In this document: positions 39,725 to 50,332 of the stretch, in pieces
How the letters are laid out: every line of letters starts with the position of its first letter
Numbering within the stretch: position 1 is the stretch's first letter
Source of the DNA: Nematocida ausubeli
Taxonomy: Eukaryota
Assembly: GCF_000738915.1 (NCBI RefSeq)
Contig: NW_026515635.1
Location: 372,001-436,000, forward strand
Direction: 5' to 3'
DNA: 64,000 bases
Program-made: the position numbers and the translations under genes
Notes under the pieces: model-generated
Seen by the model: only the letters and a program-made list of their open reading frames with translations
What the model was told of the DNA's origin: nothing
Database searches by the model: none

Positions 39725-40936
39725 TTGTGCAAGGATAGTAAAAAAAAATTAACCAAGTAGTTCAAAAAGAAAATTCGCCAAATTTATGCCTCTCTAAATA
39801 GCACCTCTTTTGCAGACCAACGTCTGTTTACTAGAACCCTACAGTCTTTTCAATAACTCTTCTAATAAACATGGCCGCGTAAGCTATAGATGTCACCAAA
39901 AAGAAAATGAATAATAGCTTTAGCTCAAACACCATGAATGTGCTTTTATTTCTACAGAAAAATATTTCTTTTAGTAGGCATTGAATAAATAAAGATGCTG
40001 AATTAAAAAAACAATCCGCCGATGCCTCTTTGGAAGCTAGTTTCCTTCTATGAATTATTCAGCCAAATACTTAGATAGATTTATATTTGTGGTAAAGTTT
40101 AATTATATTTACTGTGTTATATAGCTAATATTCTAGCCGAAGTTTTTATGCCATGGGAATTGGAAGTGTTTTTGCAAACCTACTTATAATAGCTATGGTA
40201 GTACAGCTTTGTTCTTATTCTTGCGCTACGAGATCTTTTGCGTGGCTGGGTTTTCTTTGAATGGTTACTTTTTGTTATGCTAAACATAGGTATTTGCCCA
40301 ATACCTCTCATCTATTTATAGCTAAAATATGCATCATCTTGATTTATGCTGCTAAATAGTGAATAAATCAGTTAGATTTATATCTAATTATTTTATATGA
40401 CTGACAAAGCAGATAAAGGCACTGCAGATATGGGGCAGACGGGCAATGCATAACCAGACAAAAGAGTAGTAAAAAGCCAGCGCATATCAATCATAAAGAA
40501 TTCAAGTAGCACAATGAAGTAAATGCATATGAATTTGACCACCTGAAATAGTCTATGTGTGTTTCATATGTGTATATATAGCATCTTTCAGTTGCTTCTT
40601 CTAAGCGTTCTACATGTCTTTTAAGTTATTATGTCTTTGTTTTCACTTTAATTCTGCAAGACTAGAACGTATATGTTAACAGTGCATACTTATACTGTGT
40701 GCTTTCACCATTTCTAGGCTCTTCTAGTAAATCGCCTGCGTTTCCATGCCAATGCATATCACTTAATCATTTACAGGAAAACTGTTTCTTCTCTATTTAC
40801 CAAAAAAGAACCACGCAATTAGACAACCTTTTTCTATACAATAAACATTCTTTTTTCCTTCTTTCTTTCATATTCTGGCCTGGTTTCTTGTGTTTTCGAA
40901 TAGCTATATCTTTTTTATTTTTACTCTCTGCACTGC

Positions 40937-41463
40937 ATGTCTGTTTCTAAATATAAGCAGAATAGATGGTATGACAATGAATATATCCCATACACTTTAA
41001 AGTTGTTCTCGGCCATATGCGGGGTGGTGGCTCTTCATGCTTTTACCATACGCTTTGCTGAACCCCTTGAGTACCCAAGCATTCTTCTTGCGCTTTCATC
41101 GCTTTCTACCCTCATTGTTTTTGGAATTGCTCTTTTCTAGTCTTTTTGCAAGACATGCATTCTCTTTGTTTCTTCTAGCATATGGCAGGAAGAATAAGCA
41201 CAAGTGCTATTATTTAAATAATGATATTCTCTTCTGGCCATATTGATAGACAGTTTGGTCCTACTCTCTTTCCATCTTCTGTAAGTGCTAATTCCCACAT
41301 TATTATTAACCAAAATCTCATTATAAATAAAGGGCATACCAACTGTGCATTCTAACTCTATGTTCATTATATGGAAATCTTTAATTCAAGTGTTTATGTT
41401 TCTATGCCTTCAACTGGCATCTTTGAATATATATGGAATAATTTGCATCATTGTATTCTTATA
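40937..41463 (+). pseudogene. Possible decayed multi-pass membrane protein gene
   Basis: ATG-started hydrophobic ORF 40937-41140; hydrophobic helices continue in other frames with stops (…MFIIWKSLIQVFMFLCLQLASLNIYGIICIIVFL*). Confidence 0.25.
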
Positions 41464-41900
41464 AACACATTTAGAATATAAAGTAAATCCAAATCAACAT
41501 CTAGATAATCCGATTTCGAATAAACAAGTACTTTCGCATTGTAGCATGCTTTTCCACTGCATATAATACTGTATTGCAATGCATCCAATCATAAATGCTT
41601 TAACATGCCTGCACGCAATATTCATAAAAACACATATTCATATCCAAAGAAATTGCATATAGCACATATAGAGTAAGCAATGCCCTTAAAATATTATTGC
41701 ACTAAGCAGAGACTGCATGAAATTAATTAAAATATTCATTTTAGATATATAGCATGTTCTTACGCTTACTGCCATGTGTAACCTTGCATCTATTCCAGCA
41801 TATACACTGTCTTGCCATATTATACTATATGCGCCCCTTAGGCATAGTCTGCAATGTGCCTATATAACCAGTACACAGAGAAGAAGTAAAATTTTATTAA

Positions 41901-42527
41901 ATGTGTGACCAGGAGGAAATTCGTAAGTTATGGCTCTGCCAAAAAACAATATTCCAAATGATGAAGTGCAGAGGATACACAGTCTCTGAGGTGGACATGG
42001 AAATGGACCTTAATGCATTTAAAACATCATACCCTGCTCTTATAAATACAGGTAGCAAGCACTCTCTATCCATGCTGTTCCAGCATACGTCCATGCCAGA
42101 AAAGCAGCTCTTTGTTTTTTTCCCAGACAATGCATATTTCAAAGCTAAGGACATAAAGCTGTACACCTCCACCCTGGGAAAACAGAATATCCACAATGGC
42201 ATAATTGTGTGCAAGGAAACACTTAAGGCGCACAGTCTTAAGGCCCTTGACGAGTCCAGAAAAGACTACGACTTAGAGCTATTCTACATAAAGGAGCTCC
42301 TATTCAACATAACAAAGCACAAAGATGTTCCCAAACATGTTCTTCTGACAGACGAGGAGAAGAAAAGCGTTCTAAAGGAGCGAAAGGTAGGAGATGCACA
42401 GCTCAAGAAGATTCTAGTGGATGATCCTGTTAACAGATACTATGCAGGTAAAAGGGGTCAGGTTTACAGAATAATCAGAAATTCAGAGACTGCGGGTATT
42501 TCAATAGAGTACAGAATAGTAGAGTAA
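41901..42527 (+). CDS. RPB5: RNA polymerase common subunit Rpb5
   Basis: KTIFQMMKCRGY, ELLFNITKHKDVPKH, DPVNRYY, GQVYRIIRNSETAG...YRIV. Confidence 0.95.
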   Translation: MCDQEEIRKLWLCQKTIFQMMKCRGYTVSEVDMEMDLNAFKTSYPALINTGSKHSLSMLFQHTSMPEKQLFVFFPDNAYFKAKDIKLYTSTLGKQNIHNGIIVCKETLKAHSLKALDESRKDYDLELFYIKELLFNITKHKDVPKHVLLTDEEKKSVLKERKVGDAQLKKILVDDPVNRYYAGKRGQVYRIIRNSETAGISIEYRIVE

Positions 42528-42643
42528 AAATAAACTAAATATTATAACGAGTCTAGGCCCTTGTGTGTGTATATTTTGCTGACTGTGTGGAAAAGCTCAG
42601 TAGTTTTGTATAGATTGTTATTCCTTCTTTTTTTTTATTGCAT

Positions 42644-42976
42644 ATGGGACTTGTTAAGCTCTTGTTTGAATTTAAGAATTCATTAATTCCTGTGGCTGTT
42701 TCAAAGGGAATAACTTTGCTGGAGGCTGCCGCGCTGAACCCGAATGTGCCGCTACGGGGGGCTTGCGAGGGGTCTCTGGCATGCACTACGTGCCATGTAG
42801 TGCTCGACAAATCCATATACAAAAAGTGTGAAGACCCAACCGAAAGAGAAGAAGATCTGCTGGATACAAGCAAGCTCCTCACATCCACATCCAGGCTTGG
42901 GTGCCAGGTAAAGGTCACTCCAGAAATGGAAGGGACCATAATTAAAATCCCAAATATTAACAAGAATATAATCTAG
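42644..42976 (+). CDS. YAH1: Adrenodoxin-type [2Fe-2S] ferredoxin (mitosomal ISC)
   Basis: GACEGSLACTTCHV, EEDLLD, SRLGCQV. Confidence 0.95.
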   Translation: MGLVKLLFEFKNSLIPVAVSKGITLLEAAALNPNVPLRGACEGSLACTTCHVVLDKSIYKKCEDPTEREEDLLDTSKLLTSTSRLGCQVKVTPEMEGTIIKIPNINKNII

Positions 42977-43020
42977 CTGCGTATAAAACGAACTTTAGAG
43001 CTGCTGCTGCAAAATTATTT

Positions 43021-43302
43021 ATGAATGCAAAGAAGAACAAAACACTCAAGCAGCTGCAGGCAAGAATAGCAAGCGAGTCTCCGCTCTACACGGCTCTATT
43101 CAACAGAGTTTCAGTAAAGCCGCAGCTGCAGCTGTGCGACATCACAGGGCTACCTGCAAAGTATGTCTGCCCTAAAACAGGCCTGCAGTATAACTCTTGC
43201 AAAGTATACAAGAAGATCCGGGAAATGCCAACTGAAGCAGCACAGACCCTTGGAAGCATCCGACAGCTAGGAAAAGAGCTTTCCACACTAACAAAGAAAT
43301 AA
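43021..43302 (+). CDS. IES6: INO80 complex subunit Ies6 (YL1-C domain)
   Basis: CDITGLPAKYVCPKTGLQYNS...YKKIR. Confidence 0.82.
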   Translation: MNAKKNKTLKQLQARIASESPLYTALFNRVSVKPQLQLCDITGLPAKYVCPKTGLQYNSCKVYKKIREMPTEAAQTLGSIRQLGKELSTLTKK

Positions 43303-43380
43303 ATCTACATAAACTTCAGATTTACCAGCCATGCACAGAAAGTCATAATGAAAAAGCATAAAAGTAGTGGAATAAGTGAT

Positions 43381-43980
43381 TTATTCAAGGCTTGCAAGAA
43401 CACTGTCTAGCTCCTTCTTGAAGGCGGCGCTAGCAAGAAGCTCTTGTTTCTTCTGCTCCTTCTCTTCGTTTTCTTTCTGAACAACAGAAACTCTCTTTAT
43501 TCTCTCGTTCTCAAACTTCTCTAGAATGCCTGCGTTGGTCCATCCCATACGTACGCAGATTTCTCCAAGAGTGCATGTCTTTGTGGATGGGTTCAATTTG
43601 GTCTCTGCAAGAACCTGTGGAACTATAACTCTCTCCTGTAGTTCGTACTCCATTGGAATTCCGTCGTATGTCTTTAATCTGGCGAAGTCAGCTGCGCCCT
43701 GTGCTCCCTTGTACTTAAGCATTCCTCTAACAATTCTCTTGAAGCACTTGGATGGCTCCTTGTAGTGGAATGGTCCTTTCTTTGGGTTTACCAGGCATCT
43801 CTTTCTCTTCTTATCCTTATATATACTTACCATTCGTTCAATGGGTGATGAGAAAATAAGACCTTCTGATCTTACGACAACCACACTGTATCCCTCTCTC
43901 AGAGATTTGGCTACATATGCAGCTAATCTTCCCACGATATGGTCCTTTGCGTCAATAACGAGTTTTGTTCCGTGTGCCAT
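43381..43980 (-). CDS. RPL16: 60S ribosomal protein uL13 (L13a/L16)
   Basis: VIDAKDHIVGRLAAYVAK, NPKKGPFHYKEPS, VRGML, LKTYDGIP. Confidence 0.95.
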   Translation of the reverse strand: MAHGTKLVIDAKDHIVGRLAAYVAKSLREGYSVVVVRSEGLIFSSPIERMVSIYKDKKRKRCLVNPKKGPFHYKEPSKCFKRIVRGMLKYKGAQGAADFARLKTYDGIPMEYELQERVIVPQVLAETKLNPSTKTCTLGEICVRMGWTNAGILEKFENERIKRVSVVQKENEEKEQKKQELLASAAFKKELDSVLASLE

Positions 43981-44028
43981 ATTTCTTACTTGGGCTAAAA
44001 ATTAAAAAAATATTTATAAGAAACAGTT

Positions 44029-44165
44029 GGCTGTATACTATACAAGCCCACACCGCCAGATATTTGCACATGCTCAGACACGCATAAATCTCCATATGTG
44101 TATGTGCTGCGTATACGTACGCTCTTTCTCCTTCAAACCGCACACCACCCGGGTTATATGCAAAT
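44029..44165 (-). ncRNA. Candidate structured RNA between RPF2 and RPL16
   Basis: 10-bp closing stem 44156-44165/44062-44071, G-U-rich inner helix on the - strand, hairpins at 44109-44122 and 44029-44048. Confidence 0.35.
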
Positions 44166-44247
44166 GTTACATTGGTTCAAAGTAAAAAGATTTAACAAGT
44201 ACTGTATTTATCTATTATTATAATTATTGCTCTAGTTATTGTAAGCA

Positions 44248-45054
44248 TCACTTTTTCCCTACCTTCTTGAAGGCACGCCCTTTGCTAAGCTGGATTTCTC
44301 TCAGGTCCTGTTTTTCTAAGTGCAGTACACCTAGAGTGCTGTTCAAAATGCCTCTTTCCACGTTTTTCACCTTCTTTTCTGTCTGTCTAATCTGCTTGCA
44401 TTTTTCCTTCTGGTCTGCCAAGCCCATTCGGTGCTCCTCAATTATCTCCAAAGTGATTGTTGGCGCAATTGGTGTGAGTTTGAAAGGCGCTGGCTCTACC
44501 TCCATCATGTCCAGCATGATTGTATTATCGCACAGATCTATACCAATTGCATACTTAATCATGCCCAGCCCAACAGATGGCGGTGGCCCGCTTTGAAGAA
44601 GATCTAAAAGCAGGTTTAGCTTCAGCGGGTCTGTGTATGCATTCCTATGCACAAGCAGAACATGCAGCATATTTTTCAGAATATTCATATTTGTAAGCGC
44701 ATGCGTAACTTTGTACTGCGCTAGCTCTACAATTCTAAACTCGTGTGTTCTTCCTATAATCATTCTTGCCTCGTGGCTCTTGTTCGTATAAATGTATACA
44801 AATAGAGAGCAGTCCAGCCTCTTTAAAAGAGCCTCCAGACATCCGTTTGACACAGAAGAGTTAGAGGTGGTTGGCTGGTGCGATCCGTCTTTGTCTGTGT
44901 ACTTCACCGCGTTGTGCTTTATATTCATAAAGAATGTAATCAGAGGCTGTATGCACTGTGTGTTTGGAGATGGTGAAATGATTAAAAGCTTCTTACTGGG
45001 CTCAATAACGCATGGCTTCTTGTCTTTTTTCATGCAATAAAAATATTTCAGCAT
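44248..45054 (-). CDS. RPF2: Ribosome biogenesis Brix-domain protein Rpf2
   Basis: DCSLFVY, MIIGRT, PIAPTITL, KNVERGILNSTLGVLHLEKQDLREIQLSKGRAFK; start may be 45033. Confidence 0.82.
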   Translation of the reverse strand: MLKYFYCMKKDKKPCVIEPSKKLLIISPSPNTQCIQPLITFFMNIKHNAVKYTDKDGSHQPTTSNSSVSNGCLEALLKRLDCSLFVYIYTNKSHEARMIIGRTHEFRIVELAQYKVTHALTNMNILKNMLHVLLVHRNAYTDPLKLNLLLDLLQSGPPPSVGLGMIKYAIGIDLCDNTIMLDMMEVEPAPFKLTPIAPTITLEIIEEHRMGLADQKEKCKQIRQTEKKVKNVERGILNSTLGVLHLEKQDLREIQLSKGRAFKKVGKK

Positions 45055-45192
45055 TATACAATAATTATTTATTCAGTTATCAGATAGGCTGTGCCTTTTC
45101 TGTTTGCTGCATATGTGGTAGTTTCTTTCCATTGCTGCAAAGAGGCACTCTTTCTTTGCTTTTATTCCTTCATACACGATCTGTCTTTTATT

Positions 45193-46515
45193 TTATGAAA
45201 TTCCTTCAAGAATGGCTGGACGAATTGTGAGCGTGCTGTTCGGTGCTTCTTGAGACACATATATGCTTCCATCGGTTATTCTTCGCAACATATGCACAAA
45301 CGCCTGGGCTTTTATTCTTCTGCATGTAGAGAGAAGATCTGCCTCTATATCCTCCACTTCCAGAGTTTCTTGCTCTGAAATGCTTTCATCTTTTTTAAAG
45401 CTACTCTGTGGTATGAAAGAGAGATCATGCCCGGGTGTCTCTAGAAGAAGTGTTTCCTCCGCTCTTGGAACTTCTATTAAGGAGTCATCTCCTCCAGCGT
45501 TTGATTTGTTGCCTGTGCTGCTGAAGAGGTTTTGTGTAATTTCCTGTAGCTCACTTGATATACTAGTACGCAGTTCCTGCTGTACTCCTTCAGCCTCCTC
45601 TATTCTACTAATCTCTCCCAGGCTCTCTTTTTCGCATACCTCCTTGGAAAGCCCTGCAACATGCATTTTCTGTATATATGCACGGGCATCCTTCAGAATT
45701 TCTGGGATTATAACTCTTGGCCTCTCTTTTCTGCTCTTCTTCTCTGCCAGTGGCTTAGATGCCTTTATAATCTGGCAGTCCAGCTCTGTGGTCTGGTCTA
45801 GCTTCTGTTTTTTTGCTGCAGATGCATCCTGCTGGGCTTCTCTTTTTCTTGGAGCTACTGGGCTTGCTAAAATTGTATCGAGCAAGACAGATGGCGCGCC
45901 TTGTGAAATCATTGACAGATTTATGTGCGAGCTACTCTGCAGCTCCTCTGTGCGCTCAAAGCTTGCGTCTTTTTCCTTAAGAATCGTGCTCTCCTCCCCC
46001 ATCATAAAAGAGTGTGTTTTATTTTGCGCATACTCCTCAGAAAGTGTCTCTGCCAAGGAAAGGGAGATGTTGTTCAGACTCATTGAGTAGTCCTGGAAAC
46101 TTAGCATGTCCACCATGGACCCTCGCGCCATCTCTATCTCTGCATCGACTTCCGCTATATCATTAGGTAGTCTTATGTGCTTGAAAATGTCAATTGCATA
46201 TGTTATCTGCTTCTTGCTTGTTTTCTGCAGCTGAGCCTCAGACGGCTCCTTTCTTTTCATGCATATAAATAGCTCCTTGCACTCATCATATAGTATTTTG
46301 GTCTTTCGGAAAAGTATTCTTGAAAGGCCAAGTAGAATATGGCTTGAGGTTCTTAGCGCCAGCTCAGGCACCTCCCCTGCTTTTATTGACTTCACAGTGT
46401 CCTCTATGTCAACCTGCTGGATATCAGATTTGCTAAGTCGCCTGTCAAAGTATGCAGCCACCCAGGCTGCTGAAAGCTTTCCTTTGTTTGATAAAAAGTT
46501 CACTGCGTAGAACAT
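45193..46515 (-). CDS. RAD21: Cohesin kleisin subunit Rad21/Rec8 family
   Basis: MFY...LSNKGKLSAAWVAA, LALRTSSHILLGLSRI; C-terminal winged helix RRIKAQAFVHML...VSQEAP. Confidence 0.9.
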   Translation of the reverse strand: MFYAVNFLSNKGKLSAAWVAAYFDRRLSKSDIQQVDIEDTVKSIKAGEVPELALRTSSHILLGLSRILFRKTKILYDECKELFICMKRKEPSEAQLQKTSKKQITYAIDIFKHIRLPNDIAEVDAEIEMARGSMVDMLSFQDYSMSLNNISLSLAETLSEEYAQNKTHSFMMGEESTILKEKDASFERTEELQSSSHINLSMISQGAPSVLLDTILASPVAPRKREAQQDASAAKKQKLDQTTELDCQIIKASKPLAEKKSRKERPRVIIPEILKDARAYIQKMHVAGLSKEVCEKESLGEISRIEEAEGVQQELRTSISSELQEITQNLFSSTGNKSNAGGDDSLIEVPRAEETLLLETPGHDLSFIPQSSFKKDESISEQETLEVEDIEADLLSTCRRIKAQAFVHMLRRITDGSIYVSQEAPNSTLTIRPAILEGIS

Positions 46516-46552
46516 TCCCTGTTCTTTTTCTTTCTCTATATATATTTTTTAT

Positions 46553-46573
46553 GCCGGGAAACCTCCCGCCAAA
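46553..46573 (-). promoter_or_regulatory. Two E2F-like sites upstream of RAD21
   Basis: - strand TTTGGCGGGAG and TTTCCCGGC, 38-58 nt upstream of the ATG. Confidence 0.45.
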
Positions 46574-46598
46574 GTGATACTAGCGGCCGCTGCGGTAT

Positions 46599-46698
46599 GC
46601 AGGCACTGATGACGTCTTGAGTGCGTGGGAATGCATCCACAATCATTATGATTACACTGTTCTCTTCTTTAGATCCATGCACAGGTGGCTGAGCCTGC
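46599..46698 (+). ncRNA. Candidate box C/D snoRNA
   Basis: GCAGGC (46599-46604), AC, TGATGA (46607-46612) ... CTGA (46689-46692), GCCTGC (46693-46698): perfect 6-bp terminal stem with kink-turn geometry, 100 nt. Confidence 0.65.
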
Positions 46699-47079
46699 CT
46701 GCTGCACTATTTCATGCCTGGACATATGCATTGCTTTCTTCTTGCACAGCACGCAACTTTCAAGGAAGCCATATATCTGTACGCATTTGTATGTGGGTTG
46801 CCATTATATAGACATACGATTCTAACTTCAATTAGAAGAGTACCTCTGCATACTGCAAAATAATATTCACTTCAGAATAGAAAAATGAAGTAGCAATGGT
46901 CTGGTTTGTAGTCAAAATGTTATATGCCTATAATGGAAGAGGCTTCTTGCTTTTGTATGGGGAATGACTCAAACTGTCTAATAATTTTCACTGAAATAAT
47001 GATCTTTGCATGAAAGTATATTCTGTTTGAATTTTCTTTATTTTTGAAGCCATGCTCTGCTAAATAGTGATATCTGGCC

Positions 47080-47427
47080 TTAAATTACATCAGTCCCTTC
47101 ATAATTTATTTTAGTATTTAATAGGACGAAAATACATCTCCCATTACTTCCTATTGCACCAATAACTACGCCTGCCAAATAAATTGCAGCTTCACAGAGA
47201 GTTCTTTTGGATAATCAACCCTCTTTGTTATCCTCGCCTTCTCTCCTAATGCATGCAGATATATACAATTCATCTGAAACTCTATATAGCTCTTTACTTA
47301 CTCTTTGGTCTATAGAATGAATGGCATCCAACAAGCTTGGTAATATATAAGCCTGTCTCTGATTTGAGCAGTTTTCAGATTGGCTTCCCCTGTTTATTCT
47401 ACGGGCTCTTAAAATAACACAGCCGAA
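47080..47427 (-). pseudogene. Possible relic of a tail-anchored orphan gene
   Basis: About 115 codons in one frame, one internal TGA (47215-47217), no ATG; hydrophobic AAIYLAGVVIGAIG near the end. Confidence 0.2.
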
Positions 47428-47744
47428 TTAATTTCTTTCTAGTTTTAATTCACATCTCCTTTATCTATTATATTAATTATTGGTTATTTGTTTGAATTTG
47501 TTTCACTCATTCTATAAATATAAAACACATGGTGCAGACTCCAAAAATGAAAGACCAGAAAAGTGAACTATTTAAAAACTCATCTGCTGATTTGCTCCAA
47601 ACAGGAAAGCAAAAATCTTCTAATGAGTTGTCTATTGACTGCAACCTTCAAAAAAAGCCAAAGCAAAAAAGATATGTTAAATACAATCTAAGCGAAAGTA
47701 TTCTATTCAATAGTAAATAGCTTCTCTATTTATACCTATTAATT

Positions 47745-48473
47745 TTATATCATGTTTTCAGTAATCCCTAGATCCTTTCGTATTTTGTCCGCCTCTTCGC
47801 TTGTGATTCCCATAATGCAGTGCGTGCTGTTCAGCATATATTTCTCATCTGGCTTTGTATTGCTCACATAAAGGGTCTCATTTTTCTTTAATAGAAATGC
47901 TCGCCCAACTTTTAGCGTAGATGCAAGAGTTAGAAAGTTTTCTATTGTTTTGCTGAACGAGTCAACATTTATCACAAGTCTATAAAGCTCCACCTCTCCA
48001 ATCTCTTTTAGAATTCCATATATCTTTTTAATCTCCTTTGGAGCATCTATCTGCTCTTCCTTTAGCTCTTCATTTTTGTCCGGCCTTTCCTGTGCTTTTT
48101 CTGTCTTTGTCTTTTTGGGCTTTCGTGCAGGCGCGTCTTGCTTGGATCCGGAAAGTGTAAGGATAGGCGGAAAGTATGCACCTCTAAAATATTTGCTAGC
48201 AAGCTGCCTGTGCACGTCAAGGTTCGTTGTTACCAGCTCAATATATCCATTTAGTGTGATATTATTGCTGCACTCCATAAAGATTCTCTTGCTCTCTTCT
48301 CCTATTATTTCGCTTACTAAGCATGAGTCAAGCCGCAGCTCCTGTGTGGTTTCAATCTCCTTCAAAAGCTCGTTGCTCTTTTTATACAGCGGATACAGAA
48401 CCTCATTTTCTTTCTTTTTCTGCCTGGCCGTCTTAATTAGCGTAATGTACTTCTTTGTTAGCTCATCTGCCAT
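47745..48473 (-). CDS. NSE4: SMC5/6 kleisin subunit Nse4
   Basis: ELRLDS N-terminal motif; LYRLVINVDSFSKTIENFLTLASTLKVG Nse4 C-terminal signature. Confidence 0.82.
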   Translation of the reverse strand: MADELTKKYITLIKTARQKKKENEVLYPLYKKSNELLKEIETTQELRLDSCLVSEIIGEESKRIFMECSNNITLNGYIELVTTNLDVHRQLASKYFRGAYFPPILTLSGSKQDAPARKPKKTKTEKAQERPDKNEELKEEQIDAPKEIKKIYGILKEIGEVELYRLVINVDSFSKTIENFLTLASTLKVGRAFLLKKNETLYVSNTKPDEKYMLNSTHCIMGITSEEADKIRKDLGITENMI

Positions 48474-48513
48474 CTGCACGATTTAATTTTACTTTTCTGC
48501 TTATTTCTATTTT

Positions 48514-49254
48514 ATGCTTTTTCTAGGACTAATAAGCGGGGGAAAGGACAGCATTTACAATATGCAGATGTGCGTGCAGAATGGGCACACGCCGGTGTGT
48601 TTGCTAAATATGCAAATGGAGAAGGAAAAGGACTCATTTATGTTCCAGTATGCGGGAGGTAGTGTTTTGCCTGCAATTGCGGAGTGCCTGGATCTTCCGC
48701 TGCACCAGTTTCCTACATCTGGTGTATCTAAAGAAAGAGGCCTTGACTACAGTATATCTGAAAACGACGAAATAGAGGATCTTTTTGCTGCAATTTCCTC
48801 TCTCTTAAAAATATATTCGTTTTCGGGGGTGTCAGTAGGTGCTATTTCTTCTGTGTACCAGTACAACAGGGTGAAAAACGTGTGTGATAGACTAGGGCTG
48901 GAGATCTTAGGATATATATGGGGAATGAATCAGAAAGTGCTTCTTGATAAAATGATAGAAGATGGAATATGTGCGATTATAGTAAAAGGAGGCGAGTATT
49001 TGAATAACCTGGTTGGAGAGACTCTTATAGAGGTGCGGCAGAAGTACTCTGCATACATTCAGGAGCAGATAGAAAAATACAAAGGCCTAAAGGAGGAATC
49101 GTTTAATCTGTGTGGAGAGGGGGGTGAGTACGAAACAATCACACTGGACGCAAAAATATACAAAAAAAGAATAGAAATTGTAAGGAGCGATTTAGTGGAG
49201 GTAGATGGGGTGAAGACATTGAACATACTAGAGTGCAGAACAGTACCTAAATAA
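48514..49254 (+). CDS. DPH6: Diphthine--ammonia ligase
   Basis: LISGGKDS, DSFMFQ, DEIEDL, GAISSVYQYNRV, CGEGGEYET. Confidence 0.93.
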   Translation: MLFLGLISGGKDSIYNMQMCVQNGHTPVCLLNMQMEKEKDSFMFQYAGGSVLPAIAECLDLPLHQFPTSGVSKERGLDYSISENDEIEDLFAAISSLLKIYSFSGVSVGAISSVYQYNRVKNVCDRLGLEILGYIWGMNQKVLLDKMIEDGICAIIVKGGEYLNNLVGETLIEVRQKYSAYIQEQIEKYKGLKEESFNLCGEGGEYETITLDAKIYKKRIEIVRSDLVEVDGVKTLNILECRTVPK

Positions 49255-50332
49255 TTCATATGAACTATTAACAGCATGAACTATTATTCAACGCGCTTAT
49301 TCTAGTTTATATTACATTTCTCTTAGACGCAACTCAATAAATATTGAAATAGAAATTCTGAATGGTTTGCTGAGATAGGCTAATTTCTTGCATGCGCCTC
49401 TTTCATCTCTATCTCTTTAGTGATGCTGCTTTTAACGTTAGGTTTTTTCTTATATTCCTCTGTTTAGTAAAGAACAAAAAGAATAATTTCACTATGCAAC
49501 CAAAAGACATGCTATTGTAAAAAAGCTTCTTGCAATTTAGACCATTATGTATGGATTGATAAAATATTAATATGCGCATGTTATTGGCTTTTAACAAAAA
49601 TACATGTTTTCTCGCTATACTCTCATATTTGTTCATGTACACCCGCTTAATCCGTATATAAAAGGCTGTTTGTAAATAATACGTCTGTCTTTTGAAGGCT
49701 TAACAAGTCCACAGTGTTTTTGTAGACTCTCTTATTAATAGCACTTTTCTCTATTTTTCTATGCTTTTGTTTTTAGGATCTGAAGCCTTCATTCCTAAAA
49801 TGTTTGGTATATTATGTAGAGTTTTCATTTTTCTAAAAGAACAGAACTAAATAGGAGCTCATAAAAGAAAGCTCTTTATATAGACACCATATGCAACAGG
49901 ACATTATTTATTATTGATAGTTAGTGTGAAGAAGGCTACTCTAGATGATTTTTGCTAGTACAGCGAATACTATACGAAGTTGAGTTACCGCCTCTAGGCA
50001 GAATCTACTCTATCCATATTCTATGCTATAACAAATAATCTGCAAGAATGCCATCCTTATATCAGACACTAAAATAGAAAATGACAATTTGCATACACAA
50101 AAACTCTCTAAAGAAGCCTCACTCTCATCTATAAATAGCACACAGCCTTATATAAAAACAGGCAGAATGGATAAGTCTAAATATTAAAAGAAAATTGACT
50201 TGGCCAAAACTAGCCATTAAAGGAAATTAACATATAATATCTGGGCTGTATTTATATTGTCTTTATTTGTTATTTGACTGCTTTATAGTACTCTATGCAC
50301 ATGTGATACCAATCTACAGCAGAATAAATGCA

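Noticed and set aside
44160..44215. U3 snoRNA 5' domain (GTACTT resembling box A') on the - strand
   Set aside because: Box A is poor and no box C' follows the closing stem; kept only as an unassigned structured RNA
47529..47720. 63-aa Lys-rich + ORF
   Set aside because: Short, low complexity, no motif; may be chance
49260..49296. Short direct repeat ATGAACTATTA after DPH6
   Set aside because: Two 11-nt copies in AT-rich DNA; likely slippage
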